A stretch of DNA of 32,000 nucleotides from Mesoplasma florum L1 (lineage in GTDB: Bacteria; Bacillota_I; Bacilli_A; Mycoplasmatales; Mycoplasmataceae). Shown here piece by piece: positions 11,279-22,551 of the stretch. Within the stretch, counting starts at the first letter, position 1, and every line of letters begins with the position of its first letter. Location of the stretch: NCBI RefSeq assembly GCF_000008305.1, contig NC_006055.1, positions 761,225 through 793,224 of the forward strand, read 5' to 3'. A program made the position numbers and the translations under genes. The notes beneath the pieces are model-generated. The model saw only the letters and a list, made by a program, of their open reading frames with translations, had not been told where the DNA came from and ran no database searches.

Positions 11279-12178
11279 TTATCTTAAAGTTTTATCAAAT
11301 GGTACACCACTTGCTTGTGGCGGTGATGATCATTTTGATGCAATAACCATTACAACAATTGACATGATGAATGGAAGTGCTCTTGGCAATGAGTTTCATC
11401 CCGTAATTCTTTGACCTATACTAAACATTATTGAAAATATTATACAGAACATAACAATTAGGCTCACTCTTCATTGACCAATTATCATAATAGCTAATGC
11501 AATAAACCCTAATCCTTGAACACTTCCATTAAAATTTTGAAGTGATTGGGTAACAACAAACATTGTTCCTGCTAAACCAGCTATAGCACCTGAAATAATT
11601 ATACAAACAAATCTATATCTATTAACTTTAACACCTGCTGCATCTAAAGCTTGTGGGTTTTCCCCAGCAGCTATATGCCTTGTACCTACTTTTGTAAAAG
11701 TAAAATATAAACCTATTGTAACAGTTACTAGCATTGTAAATATGGCATAAGCAATAAAGTAATTTAATGATATTAGCTTAGGGCTTAGCGAACCTAAAAT
11801 AGTTCCACCAGTTCCGAATCCTTGAATATGAACAATAAATAATGCAATACCTTGAGCTAATAAATTAATTACTGTACCAGAAATAATTTGATCTGTTTTT
11901 AATTTTAAAACCATTAATGTTTGTAACAATGAAAATAAACCTGCAACAACCATTGAGAATAGCGCACCAATTAATAAGTATAAGACATGTAAGTCTTCAA
12001 CGTTATTTGATGTTTTTTTAACCATAAAGCAAAATGACACGTATGCCAAAGCCCCGATTGTCATAAAACCTTCAATCCCAAGGTTTACAACCCCTGATCT
12101 TTCAGAAAACATTCCTGATATAGCGGCTAATGTGAAAACAACAAAAAATCCTAACGCTAAACTAAATATTGCTTCCAT
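11279..12178 (-). CDS. Nucleoside/sugar ABC transporter permease 2 (NupQ/BMP-associated type)
   Basis: ORF 11471..12178 extended via TGA(W). SGMFSERSGVVNLGIEGFMTIGAL and HIAAGENPQALDAAGVKVNRYRF typical of this permease. Confidence 0.9.
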
Positions 12179-14000
12179 AAATTTTTACAACCTCCATTTG
12201 TTTTTCTAGTAGATCGATTTTTAATTTTCTAATTTTTAATTTTTTAAATGTTCTAGAACCTTTTTTTGCTTCTAACTCTTTTATTTCTTTTTTATAAATT
12301 AGTTTTAAATCATTTAAATATGTTTTTGCTTCTTGTTTTGTTGATGCAAAATTATTTTTAAAATATTTTATTTGCGACTCTTGCTTATTAATTAAAGAAG
12401 CAGCTTTTAATTCTAACTTATTTTTCTTAGCTATTAATTTTTCTTGTTCTTTAATATTTGAATTTGATAAAGATTCTTTTATATTTTGTATTTCAGATTC
12501 TATTGAAACAACCTGATCCAAAATAGGAAATGTTGTAGAATTATATTTACCTTCATAAACTTTTTTCAAACCTTTAATTGAATGTTCATTATATTTATCT
12601 AGCTCTTTATTTATAAATAAGTGTTTTTCCAATTTTAAATCTTTTATTTTATTTTTAATTTTTGAAATTTGGAATGCTTTATTTTCTTTATACTCATTTG
12701 TTAGACTGTTTAATTCATCTCTTAAAATTTCAAGATTTTCTGACTTATTTTGTATTTGTTTTTTCAACTCTTTTATTTTTAATTTTTCATTTGTTGAATC
12801 TAAATTCAAAATAAGGATATTTTTTTCTTTTTTCAATTCTTTAATATCAGAATTTATAATTTCAATTTCAGTTTTAAATTTTGGATCTCTAATTTTATGA
12901 ATAATAATATTTACATAATTAGAAATATTTATTTTCATTAATAATAGATACATAGTTGAGAACAATATTATTATTCCAAATAATAAATCTGATGTTTCTG
13001 AAGGAAGTCCCATATATTGAGGTGAATTCATAGTTAATTGAATTCCATCTTTTAAAACAGCTCACAATATTGCAACTGGTATTATTCCCAAGAAGTTATT
13101 AAATGCAACTAATGCAATTGGTATACCATCAAATCCTAATAAAGGCATAATGTCATTTGTTACAGATATATTACTTTTTAAACCAAAGTAATAAAAGAAT
13201 CCTGCGGCCGATATAAAAACCCCTTGTAAGGCTGTTACACCAATAATAAATGAGTTTGTTTTTATACCTGCATATTTAGCTGCTGTAGATTGAGTTCCAA
13301 CAACTTTATATTTATAACCAACTGTTGTAGTTTCACAAACAACAAATACCAATACTATTGAAACTAGAGCAAAGATAATTGCAAATACTCACAACTGTGA
13401 TCCAAATACTTCAGGTAAATTTGGTGAGTTTAATTGAGTATCAAATTTAATAAATAAAACGTATTTAAGTAAATATCACAATATTCAGTTTATAACTATT
13501 GAAGTTGCAACTTCATGAATATTGAATAAAACTTTTAATATCCCAGTAAGTGATGAAACTATTGCACCTGATACTATAAAAATTAGAAATAATAAAATTC
13601 CATATCCACCAGGTAAATTAGAGAAATCAGAACCACCTGTTACAGCATTCAAGAATAGATATGTTATTAATAAACCACCTATCGCTTGACCACTACCTCC
13701 CATATTAAACAGTTTTATTCTAAAACCTAATGCTAATCCAAGACCTAAAAGTATAAATACAGCTAATAATATAACTGTCCCTTCTGGTTCAACTGGTGAA
13801 GTAAAAGGTTTAATTAAACTACTAAAAATAAAACCAAACCCATTCATACCAAAGCAATATAAAAATATAATTCCACAAAGCAATCCTAATATAATTGAAA
13901 TGAATGATACTTTGACATAAGAAGTTTTTGTTTTAAAAGTGGTTGATTTAATATATGCTATTGATTTTGTTTTAAATTTTCATTGATTAATTTTTCTCAT
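12162..14000 (-). CDS. Nucleoside/sugar ABC transporter permease 1 (NupP type) with long C-terminal coiled-coil extension, 612 aa
   Basis: ORFs 13485..13883, 13062..13352 and 12162..13031 share a frame joined by TGA(W). Permease core (MGGSGQAIGGLLITYLF, GTQSTAAKYAGIKTN, GFDGIPIALVAFNN) is followed by a charged K/E-rich helical region. Confidence 0.88.
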
Positions 14001-14003
14001 AAA

Positions 14004-15539
14004 TTACTCCACCACCGATGAAACCATCATCTCTCCTAATTTTTCCCTTGTCGCATTTTTACCTGAAATTTCTCCAACTATTTGACCTGAATTTAAAACT
14101 AAAATGCGATCTGATAGTTGCAATATTTCTGATAACTCATATGAAATTAATAAAATAGCTTTTCCTTCTTCTTTTGCTTTTAATATTTCTGAATGAATAA
14201 ATTCAATTGAACCCACATCTAAACCTCTTGTTGGCTGAAATATTATTATGAAATTGTTGTCTCTTGAAAGTTCACGGCCAATTATCATTTTTTGTTGGTT
14301 ACCACCTGATAGTTGTCTAGCTATCGCAAACCCTGCATCAGCATTTCTAACATCAAATTTACTAATTATTTTTTGTGTATGAGTTTGCATTGCAGTTTTG
14401 TTTATAAAACCATGCTTACTATATTTCTTAGTTGAAATATCTTGAAGTGCAACATTAGTAATTAAGTTTGCGTCTAAAACTAAACCAAATTTATGTCTAT
14501 CTTCTGGGATAAACCCCATTTTATGAACATTATATCTTTTGCTTATTGATTCATGAGTAATGTTTTTATCATTGACATATATTTTTCCACTATCAACTTT
14601 AGTCATTCCACTTAATGCTTCAGCCAATTCTATTTGTCCATTCCCTTCAACACCAGCTATTCCCAAAATTTCTCCGGCTTTGATTGTCGTTGAAAAATTC
14701 TTTAAACCTAAAACTTTGTTATTACTATGTTTTTTTACATTTAAATTCTTAATAACAATTAAGTCTTCATTGTTATTTTGTTTATGAGTGTTTTTTATTT
14801 CAATTATTTTTCTTCCAACCATGGCTTCTGCTAATTTGCTTGCAGAAGTTTTCTTAACATCAAAAGTTCCAACATAATGTCCTTTACGGATTATGGTTGC
14901 TCTGTCTGCAACTTCTTTAATTTCTGCCATTTTATGTGTTATTAAAATTATTGTTTTTCCCATGCCTTTTAATTCTTTTATCACTTTTAAAAGACCATCT
15001 ATTTCTGATGGTGTTAGAACAGCTGTTGGTTCATCAAAAACCATTATCTCAGCTTTTCTGTAAAGAATTTTTAATATTTCTACTCTTTGTTTCATTCCTA
15101 CAGAAATATCTTTAACCTTGGCATTTAAATCAACTTCAAGATTATATTCCTTCATTATTGAAGTTAAATCTTCAATGATTTTTTTCTTATTAATTATTTG
15201 TTTATACTGAGTTTCTTCAGAACCTAAAATTATGTTCTTTCAAACAGGAAATATATCGACCAATTTAAAATGTTGGTGAACCATTCCTATTCCTAATTTA
15301 GTTGCTTTTACCGGCGAAGATATTATTTCTTCTTTACCGTTTATAAATATATTTCCCTCTGTTGGTTCATAAATCCCAAACAAGATTGACATTAATGTAG
15401 ATTTACCTGCACCATTCTCGCCCATTAAAGCATGTACTTCACCTTTTTTGACATCTAAATTAATGTTTTTATTGGCAATGATTTTTTTATTGAAAATCAT
15501 TGAAATATTTTTCATTTCTACAGCATTAATATTTTTCAT
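14004..15539 (-). CDS. Nucleoside/sugar ABC transporter ATP-binding protein (two ABC domains)
   Basis: GENGAGKSTLMSILFG, VGMKQRVEILK, GVEGNGQIEL, LSGGNQQKMIIGRELS; AAAGGAG SD before ATG 15539. Confidence 0.95.
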
Positions 15540-15548
15540 GATTCTCCT

Positions 15549-16922
15549 TTACTCATTAATTTTTTTTGTACTTTTGTTAAGTTCGTTTAGTATAGTATCA
15601 GCGTAATCTTTAATTGGTTCTTGCGCGATTATAGTTCCTGTTGAAGGTATTGTTCCATTGATATATTTAGAAAATAATGATTTTGAAGCCTCTGTCAGAG
15701 CTTCTGCACTAAAGTATTTTTTAATTTTAATAGCTAAATCTTCATCTAAAAGATTTGATCCTCCATAAGACATTGTTCCGTTAACTCAAACATCAGTGCC
15801 TGTTCAAAGTTCTTTGTCACCTATGTTTACATCCACAAACTCTGATTTATTATCAGTTATAACTTCTTTTGTTATTTGAATTTTATCTTTATAACCTTCA
15901 TCCACTTTTTTTAAAATATCTGGGTATTGTTCATTATTCATTCATTCCGGAGTGTGAGCCAAAGAAACTATTGCTGCATTTTTTAAATCTTTCTCTGCTG
16001 AAGTAATAAACCTATTTTGAGCATCTTTCCCATATGATTCTGCTTGATTTGTATCCACTCCTATCACTTTTCAAGATGTATCATAACTAAGCGCATCAGA
16101 AGTTTGAGGACCCGCAACAGGCATTAAAACATTTGGCTTAATTGATTTTGAGGTGTCTCTTAAATTATCTAATACTAGTTTTGATTGACCTATAAGGAAA
16201 CTATTTGAAAATCATGTTGTATCATCTTTAGACTTCGGTCAACCTGTTTGAGCTTTTGTAACAGTTACATTTCTAGTTGCTTCAGGGATATCAAAATGAT
16301 TTAAAAATTCTGTATCTTTTGCTAAATAATTATAAACTTCTATCGAAGCCAAGTATCCAACAATAAAGTTATCAACTGATGCTGGATTAGAAACTCCACC
16401 ATAAGCACCTAGTGATAGTGTATTATTTGTATAATTTTCGTTTTTTAATGAATATATTATTGATGACATTCCAGCGTAGAATCCAGAAACATCTCCCCTA
16501 AACACAACTCCTATTTCATTATTTGCTGCGCTATTTGAATCTAATATTATTGTAGATCCAGAATTTTTCATAACTTCTGCGGCTTGGTGTTCACCTTCAC
16601 CAGGCATTGCATGGTGAAAACCTGGAAGTAAAAGTGTTTTTGCATTGTTGCTTTCAGCAGTTTTATACGCTCTCTTCATTGTTTTTGGTGCTGTTGACTC
16701 AGGTTGTATGTATGCGATTTTTTGGTTTATTCCCAAAATTTCTTGAACAAACTCTGTTCCAGCTTCGTATGTTGATTGATTGAAAGATTTATCATCTACT
16801 TTACCTGAATCGGTAATTAAATAGATTTCACCAAAGTGTTTTTCTGTACCGCAAGAAATTACTGTAGTGGCACTAGTGCTTATTATTGTAGTACTCAATA
16901 AAGCTAATAATAGTTTTTTCAT
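15549..16922 (-). CDS. BMP-family (nucleoside-binding) lipoprotein
   Basis: Lipobox signal peptide MKKLLLALLSTTIISTSATTVISC, DDKSFNQSTYEAG, GVVFRGDVSGFYAG. In operon with nucleoside ABC components. SD AGAAGGAG. Confidence 0.9.
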
Positions 16923-16932
16923 TAATACTCCT

Positions 16933-16968
16933 TCTAAAACAAAATAAAAAAGGTTTCTTATTAACTAA
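16933..16968 (-). terminator. Riboswitch expression-platform terminator
   Basis: Minus strand AGGTTTTTTA-GTTAA-TAAGAAACCT followed by TTTTTATTTT, between the aptamer-like element and the BMP gene. Confidence 0.8.
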
Positions 16969-16978
16969 AAAACCTCTG

Positions 16979-17043
16979 CGCTTATAGTCTTTGGATGGGT
17001 CCTAAGGCAGGTCGACAACCCGTTATGTTGTCATGTATAAGTT
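16979..17043 (-). promoter_or_regulatory. Purine riboswitch aptamer, guanine-type variant resembling Mesoplasma 2'-deoxyguanosine class
   Basis: Minus strand ACTTATACATGACAACATAACGGGTTGTCGACCTGCCTTAGGACCCATCCAAAGACTATAAGC: P1 CTTATA/TATAAG, P2 GACAAC/GTTGTC with loop ATAACGG, P3 CTTAGGA/TCCAAAG, J3/1 GACTAT keeping the pyrimidine C of guanine-type switches. Confidence 0.82.
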
Positions 17044-17066
17044 TTTTTTATTCAATTGTTTGAAAT

Positions 17067-17072
17067 ATTATA
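17067..17072 (-). promoter_or_regulatory. -10-like TATAAT upstream of riboswitch
   Basis: GATATAATATTTC on the minus strand, about 25 nt upstream of P1. Confidence 0.6.
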
Positions 17073-17110
17073 TCTTTTTTTATTTATAAATAAAAGCACA
17101 AATAAAAAAA

Positions 17111-17126
17111 CACCTGTCGGCGTTTT
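17111..17126 (-). terminator. Intrinsic terminator downstream of the HU-fusion gene
   Basis: Minus strand AACGCC-GACA-GGTGTTTTTTTA. Confidence 0.65.
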
Positions 17127-17132
17127 TATTAA

Positions 17133-18458
17133 TTATTTTTTAATTTCTTTTTTGACTTTTGTTAAACCTGTTCATTTACCTTTTGACATATTTTCTTTTA
17201 AATGTTTATTGGCTTTGAATTTAACTGTATTTGACGCAGGAATATCAATTGTTTCACCTGTTGATGGGTTAATACCTTTTTTAGCTTCCTTGTGTATTTT
17301 TGTTAGTTTTCCAAAATTTGAAATTAAAACTTCTTCATTATTTATAATTGCATTGCTCATGATTTCAAAAGCACTATCAACTACTTCTTTAACAGATTTT
17401 TTGCTAAATTCTGAATGAGTTTCTTCTAACTTAATTAAAAGATCTTTTTTAGAAACTTGATTGTAGTGTTTTTTAATAACATATTTTGATTCAGTTTTAG
17501 CTGTTGCTGCTACTTTAGTTTCTTCAACTTTAACTTCTTCAACTTTTTTAGCTACTGGTTTTTTAGCTACTGGTTTTTTAGCAACTACTTTAGCTTCTTC
17601 AACTTTTTTAGCCGCTGGTTTTTTAGCCGCTGGTTTTTTAGCAACTACTTTAGCTTCTTCAACTTTAGCTTCTTCAACTTTTTTAGCCGCTGGTTTTTTA
17701 GCTACTGGTTTTTTAGCAACTACTTTAGCTTCTTCAACTTTTTTAGCTGCCGGTTTTTTAGCTACTGGTTTTTTAGCAACTACTTTAGCTTCTTCAACTT
17801 TTTTAGCTGCCGGTTTTTTAGCTACTGGTTTTTTAGCAACTACTTTAGCTTCTTCAACTTTAACTTCTTCAACTTTAACTTCTTCAACTTTTTTAGCTAC
17901 TGGTTTTTTTACTTTTTTCTTAACTGGTTGTTTTGCTACAATTTCTTCTTCTAATTTTTCTTCTAATTCAATTGCTTCTTGTTTAATTTCTTCTTTAGTA
18001 ATTTCTTTAGTTTCTTCAATAGCAGTTGTTGTTCCTTTTTCTGAAAGAATCTTGTTAATTTTATTTTCTTTTACAAAACTCAATACTATTGAAACTACTA
18101 AAAAGATGATTCCAACAAGAGCTATTCAGTTAATTAATAAATCTCAAAAAATTGGCAACAAGAATGTACTATATGTTTCTGTTGTTCCAACAGTTGCAAC
18201 TAATTTGAATTGAGCAAATGATTTGAATCCCATTGGACCTGCTAAAAAATGACTTAGACCTTTATCTGTAAATCACACTGCATTTATGTGTTTACTTTCT
18301 ATTAATCCAGAGCCTGCAATTGTTTGTGCTCATTGTGATGTTCCATTTGTAGCTTGGTTTATAAGTTTAAATGCAAATATTAAAGCTATAAATAAAACTA
18401 AAAGAAATATTAAAGCAATGGTTCTTGTGTGCTTTTTATTTTTCATTTCGATTGACAT
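17133..18458 (-). CDS. Membrane-anchored HU/IHF-family DNA-binding protein with Lys/Ala/Pro repeat linker, 441 aa
   Basis: ORF 17172..18083 starts at an internal TTG. The frame is open upstream through TGA(W) codons to ATG 18458 (SD AAGGAGG). Two N-terminal hydrophobic segments (IALIFLLVLFIALIFAFKLI; LLINWIALVGIIFLLVVSIVLSF), KKPVAKKPAAKKVEEAKVVA repeats, C-terminal HU domain SKKDLLIKLEE...ISNFGKLTKIHKEAKKGINPSTGETIDIPASNTVKFKANKHLKE. Confidence 0.85.
17511..17940 (-). repeat. Imperfect tandem repeats of about 60 bp encoding VEEAKVVAKKPVAKKPAAKK units
   Basis: Five copies of AKVVAKKP. The near-identical DNA unit gcaactactttagcttcttcaactttttta... recurs within the CDS. Confidence 0.85.
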
Positions 18459-18522
18459 GATTATGCCTCCTTCTTTTTTATATAATTATAAACAAATTAT
18501 TTTGCTGAGTGAACTTTTAGTG

Positions 18523-20403
18523 TTACTTTTGCTCCGTTGCATAGTTATTTTTAAGATAAAACAGCAACATTTGTATGTCTGCAGGGTTAACTCCAGTAAT
18601 TCTAGAAGCTTGTCCTATGTTTAATGGTTTAACTTTTTTTAACTTTTGTCTAGCTTCTGTTGCTAAATTTTCAACCTTATCATAATCAATATCTGAAGGT
18701 ATTTTTTTCTTTTCAAGCTTAACAAGTCTTTCAACAGTTTTTCTTTCTGTTTTTACATAACCGGCAAATCTAGTTTCTATTACAATAGACTGAAGTTGAT
18801 TATTTTTTAGGTTTTGTAAAGAACTAATGTACGGAATCATAACCTCTATATCAACAGTTGGTATTTTTAAAATTTCAATACCACTATATCCATGACTTAA
18901 GTCTGCTTGACCTAATTCTTTTAATTTTATTGCTAGTTCAGACTTAGGAGTAAATCTGATTTCTTCAAGCTCTTTTATTGCGTTATTAATTTCTTCTGTG
19001 TATTTCAAGTATTCATTATATTCTGCTTGTTTAATTAGGCCTATCTCATATCCTTTTTCTTTTAGCCTATGTTCAGCGTTATCATTTCTTAACAATAATC
19101 TGTGTTCTGCCCTACTTGTTAAAAGTCTATAAGGTTCCCATACGCCTTTGTTAATTAAATCATCTATCATGACACCTATATATGCTTCATCTCTTCTTAA
19201 AATCAAAGGATCTAATCCATCAATTTTTCTAGATGCGTTAATACCAGCAATTAATCCTTGGCCAGCTGCCTCTTCATAACCACTAGTTCCATTTATTTGA
19301 CCTGCTGTAAATAAATTATTAATATTCTTAATTTCTAATGAGGGATTCAATTGCATAGGATTTACACAATCGTACTCAATGGCATATGCCCAAGTTTTTA
19401 CTTCAGCTTTTTCAAAACCTGGCAATGATCTTATCATTAACAATTGAACATCTGTTGGCATTGAAGTTGAAAATCCCTGAATATATCAAGCATCACCAGA
19501 AATTGATTCTGGCTCAATAAAAATTTGATGAGTTTCTTTTGATGAAAATCTTACAATTTTATCTTCAAAACTTGGACAGTATCTAGGACCTATAGATTCT
19601 ACTTTACCTGAATACATTGCTGATTTTGTCAAATTATCTTCGATTATTTTTTTTGTTTCAGAACTTGAATGAATTAAGTAGCAAAGTTCTTGCTTTTCAA
19701 TTGGTGTGTATTCATTTGTAGAAAAACTGAAAGCTAATTTTGCGTCAGTCCCTGGTTCTTTAATAGCTTTAGAAAGATCAACAGAGTTTTTGTATATTCT
19801 TGGAGGAGTTCCTGTTTTAAATCTAAAAAGTTCAACTCCAGATTTTTTTAAAGATTCACTTATTCCATTAGATGTCGGTTCTTCGTTTGGGCCTGAAGAA
19901 AATTTTTCATGTCCAGTTAAGATCTCTGATTTTAAATATGTTCCCGTTGTTAAAACAACACATTTTGATTTTAAAATTTCTCCATCTTTTAATAAAACAC
20001 CCGTTACTGTATTATTTTCAATAATAAGATCTGTTGCAATAGACTCTATTAATTGTAAATTTATTTGTTCTTCAACAATTTTTTGCATATATTTTGAATA
20101 TTCTTCTTTATCTGATTGGACTCTTAGTGCTCAAACACCAGGCCCTCTAGAAGAATTGAGTAGTTTTGTTTGTAAAGCTGTTTTATCAGCAGCTTTTGCC
20201 ATTTCGCCACCTAATGCGTCAATTTCTCTTACAACTATACCTTTTGCAGGTCCACCAACACTTGGGTTGCAAGGCATTGCGGCAATTCTATCTTTATAAA
20301 GATTAATTAATGCTGTTTTTTTGTTTAATCTTGCAGATGCCAAGGCAGCTTCAACACCTGCATGACCACCACCAATAACAATAACATCAAAATGTTTATT
20401 CAT
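18523..20403 (-). CDS. mnmG: tRNA uridine 5-carboxymethylaminomethyl modification enzyme MnmG (GidA)
   Basis: [60 protein letters not shown]; joined via TGA(W). Confidence 0.98.
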
Positions 20404-20489
20404 AGCAATTCTCCTTTTCTAATTTTATGTCTATTTAATTTTAGTCTTTTTTAATTTATAAGCAATTATAAATAAATTACTTAAAGTAA

Positions 20490-20511
20490 AAAATACCTTA
20501 ACAGGTATTTT
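20490..20511 (-). terminator. Intrinsic terminator downstream of ftsH
   Basis: Minus strand AAAATACC-TGTTAA-GGTATTTTTTAC. Confidence 0.75.
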
Positions 20512-20536
20512 AATTTTTATAAAAACCAACTTTAAT

Positions 20537-22489
20537 CTAATCAATATCTAAATCTTCTACTTTAATGTCGATGATTTCACCTTTTTTTATTTTTTCATCT
20601 TCTTTTGCCATTCTGTTTTTTTGTTCTAAAACTTCTTCTGGCAATTTTTTATTAACATTAATGTATTCAATTTGTTCAGCAGTAATAGTTTCTAAAACCC
20701 TTAGTGATTCTGCCAATAATTCTAAAGTTTCCATATTTTCTTTAATTATTTTTAAAGCAATTTTGTATGACTCTTCAAGAATTTTTGAAATTTCAGCATC
20801 AATTCTAGCTGCTGTTTCATCAGAATAAGTACCTTCCATTTTACCGTATGACTCTTCAGCCATAGTTAAGAATTTTGTCATACCTAAACTTGACATACCA
20901 AATTGAACAACCATTCTTCTAGCTATATTTGTAGCTTTATCTAAGTCATCATGAGCCCCTGTTGTAACGTTTTCTTTACCAAACATTATTTCTTCAGCGG
21001 CTCTTCCACCTAAATAACCTGCAATAGTTGCGAATAAATCTTTTTTAGATGAGAATACTGTTTCATCTTTTGGAGTCATGATTGTGTAACCACCAGCATT
21101 TCCACGAGGTATAATTGTTACTTTTTGAACTTTTGATGCACTATCAAGTTTTAAACCAATTAAAGCATGTCCAGATTCATGATATGAAACAATATCTTTA
21201 TCTTGTTTAGTCATTGCTCTTGATTTTTTAGCTGGCCCACCAACTACACGATCAATAGCTTCATCAATTTCAGTAATTGTAATAATGTCACGTTTTTCTC
21301 TAACCATTAATATAGCAGCTTCGTTTAAAACGTTTTCTAATTGAGCACCTGAGAAACCTGGTGTTCTTTCAGCAACTCTATATCAATCAACAGAACCATC
21401 AATTTTTTTACCTTTAGCATGTAATTCTAAAATAGCTTTACGTTCTTTAATATCAGGTAAAGATACTTGGATAACTCTATCAAAACGACCTGGTCTTAAC
21501 AAAGCAGGGTCTAAAACGTCAGCACGGTTTGTAGCTGCCATAACAATAATTCCTGAGTTAGTTCCGAATCCATCCATTTCAACCAATAATTGGTTTAATG
21601 TTTGTTCGTTTCCACCTGAACCCATTCCATTATTTCTTTTTCTACCTACTGCATCAATTTCATCAATAAATATAATTGCTGGTGCTGATTTTTTAGCATC
21701 GTTGAACATTTCACGCACACGACTTGCACCAACCCCAACAAACATTTCTTCAAATTCTGATCCAGCGATAGAGAAGAATGAAACTCCAGCTTCTCCAGCT
21801 ACTGCTTTAGCAAGTAATGTTTTACCAGTCCCTGGTGGACCTTCCATTAGAACACCTTTTGGCGCTCTTGCTCCAGCTTCTGCATATTTTGCAGGGAATT
21901 TTAAATAATCTACTAATTCTACTAATTCTGATTTTTCTTCTTCGATTCCAGCTACGTTGGCAAATTTAACATCTGATTTTTCAGCACGAGCTCTATTTTT
22001 ACCCATACCAAATATATTACCTGCTCCAGCACCAGCACCAGAAGAACTTTTCATCATGAATCAAATAATTCCACCAAATAATAATACATAAATTAATAAT
22101 GGTGCTAATGAAACTAATAATGCCATTCCTACAGATCCTTGGTAAACAAGCGCTGGTCATGGGTAAGGTTTATCAGCCATTATAGTCTCAAACCTTTTTT
22201 GTGTCAAATATGCCACAAAATTTACATATTTTCCTGTACTTTCTAAAAAATAACTACCCTTTACAACAACCGTATTGTTTGAACCATAATAAATAATTAC
22301 ATTTTTTCAATATTTATCAGCGTTCGGATCTATTTGTGGTGATTTTGACATTCAATCTGCGAAAGTCGCGTCACTTATAACCTGAGTTGTTCCTTTAACA
22401 GTAACGGCAATAATAATAATTGTAACTATAATAGCTAATAAGATTATTAACCAAAACCATAAAGTTGACTTACTTTTTTTAGTCTTCAT
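20537..22489 (-). CDS. ftsH: ATP-dependent zinc metalloprotease FtsH
   Basis: [46 protein letters not shown]-terminal TM segments. Confidence 0.98.
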
Positions 22490-22551
22490 TTTATTCCTCC
22501 ATCTCAAGATTTTTATTCTATTTTAATAATACCATTATTTGTATTATTACT

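Noticed and set aside
12162-13031. Separate coiled-coil gene starting at MNSPQYMG
   Set aside because: The upstream frame is open through TGA(W) into the ABC permease, and the first about 35 residues complete the permease fold. It is best read as a fused C-terminal extension.
17511-17940. Possible CRISPR-like regular repeats
   Set aside because: Repeats are contiguous, in frame and protein-coding (K/A/P linker), with no unique spacers and no cas genes.
19706-20299. Plus-strand ORF of 197 aa opposite mnmG
   Set aside because: Antisense shadow ORF; mnmG is unambiguous on the minus strand.
22490-22551. Possible small gene or RNA between ftsH and tilS
   Set aside because: Only about 60 bp of AT-rich sequence, no stable hairpin or SD-preceded ORF seen beyond the ftsH SD.
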